From assembly GCA_963692865.2 (NCBI GenBank), contig OY843592.1, positions 992,001 through 1,056,000 on the forward strand: DNA of 64,000 bases, in the 5' to 3' direction. Made by a program: the position numbers and the translations under genes. The stretch's first letter is position 1; each line of letters begins with the position of its first letter. The notes beneath the pieces were generated by a model, which saw only the letters and a program-made list of their open reading frames with translations, searched no databases and was not told the DNA's origin. Below, in pieces: positions 58,543 to 64,000 of the stretch. The stretch is from a bacterium (GTDB lineage Bacteria; UBA8248).

Positions 58543-59604
58543 ATGGCGAAGCACAGCATTGGTTTGATCCCCGCGGACGGCATCGGGCCGGAGGTCGTCT
58601 CCCAGGCGGTCCGCGTCCTGCGGGCGCTGGCGAAGAGCGAGCGCGGCCTCGCGTTTTCTTTCACGAAATACCCATGGGGGAGCGATTTCTATCACGAGAC
58701 GGGCCGGATGTGCCCGGAGAATTTCCTGGAGCGCGTGAGAAAACACGACGCGATTCTGCTCGGCGCAGTGGGCAGGCCCGACATTCCCGATCACATCACG
58801 CTCAACCAGCTTCTGCTTCCGCTGCGCAGGGGGTTCGACCTCTACGTCAACATGCGCCCCATCGTCCTGTACGAGGGGCTGGAATCGCCGCTGCGCGGCT
58901 ACGAGCCGGGCGACATCGACATGCTCTTCTTCCGCGAGAACACCGAGGGGGAATACAGCCCCATCGGCGGCAGGCACTACGAGGGACACCCCTCGCAAAT
59001 GGCCGCCCAGATCACGCTCTTCACGCGGATGGGTTGCGAGCGCATCATCGAGGCGGCGTTCGAGGCGGCCCTCAAGCGGAAAAAGCACGTGACGAACGTC
59101 ACCAAATCGAACGCGCAGGGCCATACGCTGGTGATGTGGGACGAGATTTTCGAGGAAGTCGCGGCCAGGCCACGCTACAGGAAAGTCGAGACGGCGAAGT
59201 ATCTCGTAGACGCAGCCGCCTTGGAGTTCGTGAGAAGGCCCGGGCATTTTGACGTCGTGGTGTCCACGAACCTCTTCGGCGACATCCTGACGGACCTGGG
59301 CGCCGCCATCGTCGGCGGGCTGGGGGTCGCCGCGAGCGCGAACACGAACCCCAAGGGAGACGCGCCCGGCCTGTTCGAGCCCGTCCACGGCTCCGCGCCC
59401 GACATCATGGGCAAGGGAATCGCCAACCCGGTGGCCGCGCTTATCTCCGCCGCCTTGATGCTCGATTACCTGGGCGAGGAGCGCGCGGCGAAGCGGCTCG
59501 ACGGCGCGGTTCGCGCGCATCTGGCCGAGGGAAACCGCACGGCGGACCTGGGCGGCACCGGGACGACAAGGTCGGTCGCCACCGACGTCATCAAGAGACT
59601 CTAG
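58543..59604 (+). CDS. Tartrate/D-malate dehydrogenase-like beta-decarboxylating dehydrogenase
   Basis: DGIGPEV, RENTEGEY, TKSNA, NLFGDILTDL, FEPVHGSAPDI.GKGIANP. Confidence 0.88.
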   Translation: MAKHSIGLIPADGIGPEVVSQAVRVLRALAKSERGLAFSFTKYPWGSDFYHETGRMCPENFLERVRKHDAILLGAVGRPDIPDHITLNQLLLPLRRGFDLYVNMRPIVLYEGLESPLRGYEPGDIDMLFFRENTEGEYSPIGGRHYEGHPSQMAAQITLFTRMGCERIIEAAFEAALKRKKHVTNVTKSNAQGHTLVMWDEIFEEVAARPRYRKVETAKYLVDAAALEFVRRPGHFDVVVSTNLFGDILTDLGAAIVGGLGVAASANTNPKGDAPGLFEPVHGSAPDIMGKGIANPVAALISAALMLDYLGEERAAKRLDGAVRAHLAEGNRTADLGGTGTTRSVATDVIKRL

Positions 59605-59622
59605 CCTGAAAGGAGCGATTCG

Positions 59623-60147
59623 ATGTCCATCGTCACGCGAAGGGGAGACGATGGGAACACCGATTTGTGGTTCGCGGACAGGGTTCCCAAGTATCATCCC
59701 CAGGTGCAGGCCTACGGCGCGCTCGACGAGGCGAAGGCGGCGCTCGGCCTCGCCCGCTCGACCGCCCCCGAATGGCTCAAGCCCGAAATCCTCAAAATCC
59801 AGAAAGACCTCTTCCTCGTGAGCAGCGATCTGGCGACGCTGCGCGGCAAGCTCGGCAGGCTCAGCGATCGCGTGGGCGCGGAGCAGGTCGCGTGGGCCGA
59901 CGCCCGGGTGGCGCGCTATGAGAAGGAGATTCAAATCACCGACTGGGTGATTTCGGGAGATTCGCCCTGCGGCGCCGCGCTGGACATGGCGCTCACCATC
60001 GTCCGCCGGGGCGAGAGATGGTCGGTGAAGCTTCGAGACGAAGGCTACGTCGACAACCCCGACCTGCTCGTCTACCTGAACCGCGTCTCCGACCTTCTCT
60101 TCCTCATGGCGCGCGCCGTGGACAGGGGCGTGGAAGTGCCCGACTGA
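59623..60147 (+). CDS. pduO: PduO-type cob(I)alamin adenosyltransferase
   Basis: TRRGDDGNT, YGALDE, RRGER, YLNRVSDLLF.MAR. Confidence 0.9.
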   Translation: MSIVTRRGDDGNTDLWFADRVPKYHPQVQAYGALDEAKAALGLARSTAPEWLKPEILKIQKDLFLVSSDLATLRGKLGRLSDRVGAEQVAWADARVARYEKEIQITDWVISGDSPCGAALDMALTIVRRGERWSVKLRDEGYVDNPDLLVYLNRVSDLLFLMARAVDRGVEVPD

Positions 60148-60216
60148 TTGGAATCGAGAAAGGCGACGGGTCACCTGAGCTGTTGCGGCCTTGGAAGCGC
60201 TCTCTTGGAATAATTC

Positions 60217-60942
60217 ATGTCGACAAGCAAGCATTCGTCATCATCACGCCTCGACGATTTGAGGCGGTTTTACGCTTCTCTCGCTTTGCTGGAGGAGCCG
60301 CTGGGCGGGGTGCGGCGACTGTCCGAGTGTTCGGGCCGGACAAGATGGCCAAAGCGCGGAATATACTTTTTCATGGAGACGGGCGAGTTTCGTTCTGATA
60401 CCGGGGATGGTTCGCGCATCGTGCGGGTCGGTACGCACGCCCTGAAAACCGGGAGCAAAACCAAGCTCTGGACGCGTCTTAAGCAGCATAAAGGAGTTAC
60501 GAGCACGGGCGGCGGCAATCACCGGGGGTCGATCTTCAGAAAAATCGTGGGAGCGGCCATGATTGATAGGGACAACCTCGACGGTCCCTCTTGGGGCAAG
60601 GGCGACACGGCGCCGCGTGAGGTCAGAAAGAGCGAGTTGTCCCTGGAAAAGATCGTCAGCGCGCACATCGGCGAGATGCCATTTCTCTGGCTTGGCATAG
60701 AAGACGAGCCGGGACCCGACAGCCTGCGCGGATACATCGAAAGGAATGCGGTCTCCCTATTGAGCAATTATGGCAAGCATCCCGTCGATCCACCTTCCTT
60801 GTCATGGCTCGGCAAGCATAGCGACAGGGGAAAAGTGCGGAACTCCGGCCTTTGGAACTCGAACCACGTCGACGAAGACTACGATCCGGCTTTTCTCGAC
60901 GTTCTGGCGCGCTTGATCGACGAAATGGAGATTCCCGCATGA
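60217..60942 (+). CDS. Hypothetical protein, divergent GIY-YIG-like nuclease
   Basis: GIYFF...IVRVG...L..RL.QH...IE...LWN pattern mirrors the GIY-YIG catalytic elements. Confidence 0.6.
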   Translation: MSTSKHSSSSRLDDLRRFYASLALLEEPLGGVRRLSECSGRTRWPKRGIYFFMETGEFRSDTGDGSRIVRVGTHALKTGSKTKLWTRLKQHKGVTSTGGGNHRGSIFRKIVGAAMIDRDNLDGPSWGKGDTAPREVRKSELSLEKIVSAHIGEMPFLWLGIEDEPGPDSLRGYIERNAVSLLSNYGKHPVDPPSLSWLGKHSDRGKVRNSGLWNSNHVDEDYDPAFLDVLARLIDEMEIPA

Positions 60943-61592
60943 TCCTCGTCATCCAATGCGCCGCCCGGAAGAACCCAGAAGCCGGCCATCTGCGTACCCG
61001 AGACGGGCAGGAGGTCTTGTTCGTCGCTGACCCTGGCCTTGCGCCCGAAGGCTCAGCCTGCGCCCATGCGCGACCGGACGATGTTTCCGGTACCGGAGCG
61101 ACTTGGCGAACCGTGCTTCGTGAATACAATGCCGAGTCTCGCGGCGACCCGCACGGCCTTCTTCCCGCCTGGCGGCTCTACGAAAACCCGGTCTACCGGC
61201 TATTGAAGGAACATTGCGGGCCGGAGGGCTTCTATATTCTCTCCGCTGGCTGGGGCTTGATCCGCTCCGATTTCCTGACGCCCGCTTATGACATCACGTT
61301 CAGCGCACGCGCCGAGAAGTACAAGCGAAGACGCAAGAGAGATTTGTATCACGATTTCAGCATGCTGCCCGAAGAAACCGCAGAAGACATCGTATTCTTC
61401 GGTGGGAAGGACTACGTGAATCTGTTTTGCGCGTTGACCGAACGCGTCAGGGGAACCCGCTATCTCTGGTTCAATTTGAAAGTCGCGCCGAATGCGCCCG
61501 GCTGCGAGTTGCGTCGATTCCATACGAGGACCAGAACCAACTGGCACTACGAGTGCGCCAGAGCCTTCGTCGAAGGAAAGATTCAGGTTTAG
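60939..61592 (+). CDS. Hypothetical protein, DUF6884/YaaA-like
   Basis: ATGA overlap with the previous gene; LVIQCAARK, PAWRLY, YILSAGWGLI, YD, FGGKDY motifs. Confidence 0.62.
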   Translation: MILVIQCAARKNPEAGHLRTRDGQEVLFVADPGLAPEGSACAHARPDDVSGTGATWRTVLREYNAESRGDPHGLLPAWRLYENPVYRLLKEHCGPEGFYILSAGWGLIRSDFLTPAYDITFSARAEKYKRRRKRDLYHDFSMLPEETAEDIVFFGGKDYVNLFCALTERVRGTRYLWFNLKVAPNAPGCELRRFHTRTRTNWHYECARAFVEGKIQV

Positions 61593-61625
61593 GCGAGGGT
61601 GGCAGACGGAAGCGTCCGGGAAAAC

Positions 61626-62672
61626 TTACGTCAGGTAGAAGTCTGAAATGGCTTCCAGGGCCACCTTGATGGCCGCCGCGAGCGGGACGGCGAGGAGAAT
61701 TCCCGCGAATCCCATCAACTCGCCCCCTATCATGATGGACGCGAGCACCACCACGGGATGAAGCCCGATGCGGTTGCCCAGGATGCGGGGTACAAGGAAA
61801 ACGCCGGCAGCGGGCGAGATGACTCCGAACACGGCCAGCGTCGCGAGCGGGTGGAGCCAGTCCTGATGGGCGAGTGCGGAGAGCAGCAGGGCGATCGGGA
61901 GGGCGATGATCCATTCCACGTAGGGAAACATGCAGGCAATGCCCGTGAAAATGCCCATCACCAGCCACAGCGGCATCCCCACGATGAAGAAGCCCAGCAC
62001 GTAGAGGGCGGAGAGGATGAAGGCGATCAGCAACTGTCCCTTGATGAACGACCCGAGGAGCTCGTCGAGCCGGAAGACCCTTTTCTCCACCTCGGCGCGG
62101 TAATCGCGGTGCACGTAGGCGAAAAACCCCGCCCATAGCTCTTTCCAGTCTCTCAGGACGTAGAAGGTCATCACGGGGATGAGGACGAGATAGATCATGC
62201 CGATGGCGATGGAGAAAAGGCCGCTGGTCGTTCTCAGCAGAAACTTGAGCGCGGTAACGGGCAACTGTCCCAGAAGGGAGAGATTTTCGGTGAAGTATTT
62301 CTGGATTTCGGCCGTCTGGGGGAGTTCGAATCTATCGAGCGTGGCGATGAGCCAGGATTGCGTGAGGTTGATGTAGTCGGGAAGTTTTTTGGCGAAAGCC
62401 CTCACCTGCTCCTGCACAACGGGCGATATGCTGACCCACAAGATGAACAGGCCCACGCCCAGACCCAGCAGGGGGATCAGGACGGCGAGGGGCCTCGGTA
62501 TTTTCCATCTCTCCAGCGCATCGACCAGGGGCTGGAGCAGATAGGCGAGGATGAACGAAGCCGCCAGGGGAACCAGCGCCGCCCGGGCGCTCACCAAAAT
62601 CCAGATGGCGGCGATGAATATGAGAATCAGCCAGATTCTCTTCCACGTGAGGATTTGGGATGGGTTGTCCAT
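61626..62672 (-). CDS. AI-2E family transporter
   Basis: AYLL.PLV..L, FY.LRD, FIKGQ, PYV, PRILG..IGLHP, G.LLAVPLAA. Confidence 0.92.
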   Translation of the reverse strand: MDNPSQILTWKRIWLILIFIAAIWILVSARAALVPLAASFILAYLLQPLVDALERWKIPRPLAVLIPLLGLGVGLFILWVSISPVVQEQVRAFAKKLPDYINLTQSWLIATLDRFELPQTAEIQKYFTENLSLLGQLPVTALKFLLRTTSGLFSIAIGMIYLVLIPVMTFYVLRDWKELWAGFFAYVHRDYRAEVEKRVFRLDELLGSFIKGQLLIAFILSALYVLGFFIVGMPLWLVMGIFTGIACMFPYVEWIIALPIALLLSALAHQDWLHPLATLAVFGVISPAAGVFLVPRILGNRIGLHPVVVLASIMIGGELMGFAGILLAVPLAAAIKVALEAISDFYLT

Positions 62673-62688
62673 GTCGGTCAGTCTGGCC

Positions 62689-63294
62689 TCAGTTCCGGGC
62701 CGGGGGGATGGATTTCTCCGTCTGATCGTCGTCCGGTTTCTCGTAAATCATGCGGGTGCCCACGAAGAAAAGATAATGAATCCCCGAGGCGAGCGTCAGC
62801 GCGCAGGTGATCAGGTAGGTGGACAACAGCACGATGTTCGTCTCCGCTCTCAGCGCCGCCGCCAGAAGAGCGGCCCCCGCGGTGACCATCTGGGCGGTCG
62901 TCGAGGTTTTCCCCAGCATGGAAGGAGACGGCGTCTGGAAGCCCACCGTCATGAACAACATCAGGCAGCCGATGGATATCAGCAAATCCCGGCTCACCAC
63001 GGAGACGGCCAGCCAGATCGGGATCTGCCCCGAAATCCCCATCATCATGTATGCGGTGAACATGAGCAGTTTGTCCGCAATGGGGTCGAGCATGGCGCCC
63101 AGCTCCGTCATCTCGCCGCGCCGTCTCGCGATATAGCCGTCAACGCCGTCCGCCACGCCCGCGATGATGAAGACGCCCAGGGCGGTTCCCGGCTTCTTGT
63201 AGGCGAGGCACATCACGAATACGGGGATCAGGAACACCCGGAGCAGCGTGATCTTGGTCGCCAGCGTTAGTCTGTTCGAAACGGTTGCGCTCAT
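62689..63294 (-). CDS. CDP-alcohol phosphatidyltransferase (PgsA-like)
   Basis: ITLLR, DGVDGYIARR....TELGAMLDPIADK signature. Confidence 0.92.
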   Translation of the reverse strand: MSATVSNRLTLATKITLLRVFLIPVFVMCLAYKKPGTALGVFIIAGVADGVDGYIARRRGEMTELGAMLDPIADKLLMFTAYMMMGISGQIPIWLAVSVVSRDLLISIGCLMLFMTVGFQTPSPSMLGKTSTTAQMVTAGAALLAAALRAETNIVLLSTYLITCALTLASGIHYLFFVGTRMIYEKPDDDQTEKSIPPARN

Positions 63295-63396
63295 TGTCCA
63301 AGCGGCCTTTTACTTACCTCTCGTGTGTTGTTGCATCATAACACAGGAAGCCTCGGGGTTTCCTTCGTCCGGCTCGTTCATCGAGCGTTTGTTTCA

Positions 63397-63634
63397 GGGG
63401 TTGTTGAAAAAGTCCTTCCCAAAGGGGTTTTGCCCCCCATCGAGAGTGTTCATCGTCATTCCGGCGAAAGCCGGAATTCATTTTTATGCCTTTCGTCTTT
63501 CGTCGGAGTTCCCGCGCATCGGCGGGGAATGGAACGCCGTCGTTCATTCACCCGCATCCGCAAATGGATTCCGGCTTTCGCCGGAATGACGGCAGTGGAC
63601 AATTCCGAGCGAGCAGGGGTTTTTCAACGGCCCC
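63397..63634. mobile_element. MITE-like element with perfect 5-bp target duplication and dRS3-like doublet cargo
   Basis: GGGGTTGTTGAAAAA ... TTTTTCAACGGCCCC flanked by TTTCA/TTTCA; interior is an inverted homolog of ~10471-10629. Confidence 0.88.
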
Positions 63635-63636
63635 TT

Positions 63637-64000
63637 TCATGGGGAACCGAATTTCCCCCTCTCCGTCGTTTTCTGATTCGCAGGTCTTTTACGCGCGGTG
63701 CGTTTCGAATTCGCCTTGGCCTTGGCCCAACCCGTCTTCGAAGCCGGGCGTTTCGACGCGTTGGTGCTGATGTTCGTCATTAGTTTCAGTTTTTCGATCT
63801 CATCTTTTGTGAGAGTCCTGACCTTGGCGCCGGGGAGACCCCTGGCCGTGATGCCCCCGTATGCGCGCCGAACCAACTTGATGACGGGGTGCCCCACGGC
63901 TTCGCACATCTTCTTGACCTGGTGCTGTCTGCCCTCGCGGAGTTCGATTCTGAGCCACGCGTTCTTCTCCGTCTTGCCGCGGATGATCCGCACGCCGGCA
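63637..64000 (-). CDS. RsuA/RluB-family pseudouridine synthase, C-terminal part (5' end outside window)
   Basis: WL.I.LREGR.HQVKKM.EAVGHPV.KL.R..YG motif. Confidence 0.88.
   Translation of the reverse strand, partial: AGVRIIRGKTEKNAWLRIELREGRQHQVKKMCEAVGHPVIKLVRRAYGGITARGLPGAKVRTLTKDEIEKLKLMTNISTNASKRPASKTGWAKAKANSKRTARKRPANQKTTERGKFGSP

Overview
High-GC bacterial chromosome segment with no rRNA, tRNA, CRISPR array, prophage or transposase detected. 1-26 kb is a dense uptake and catabolism region: a Liv-type ABC transporter, two TAXI-TRAP systems, a split hydantoinase/oxoprolinase A/B pair with a PLP enzyme between the subunits, amidohydrolases, tandem CapA-family metallophosphatases, an atypical ASL-family lyase and an IclR regulator. 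26-38 kb holds a DctPQM TRAP system, a circularly permuted ATP-grasp/alpha-E/transglutaminase triad, an outer-membrane barrel and a PD-(D/E)XK nuclease. 39-46 kb is a futalosine (menaquinone) cluster in which MqnA is fused to an amidase. 46-64 kb is mostly housekeeping, with two inserted two-gene modules: a Panacea toxin-antitoxin pair and a GIY-YIG-like plus DUF6884/YaaA-like pair. Two features missed by the ORF track stand out. (i) A 90-aa AhpD/CMD-like gene with an in-frame UGA in a CxxU motif and a SECIS-like hairpin is a probable selenoprotein (48405-48677, minus strand). (ii) A family of non-autonomous elements with ~15-bp terminal inverted repeats and 5-bp target duplications carries variable REP-like palindrome cargo and nests inside other repeats; filled and empty alleles are both visible in this window. 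All functional calls come from motif recognition by eye; no database search was run.
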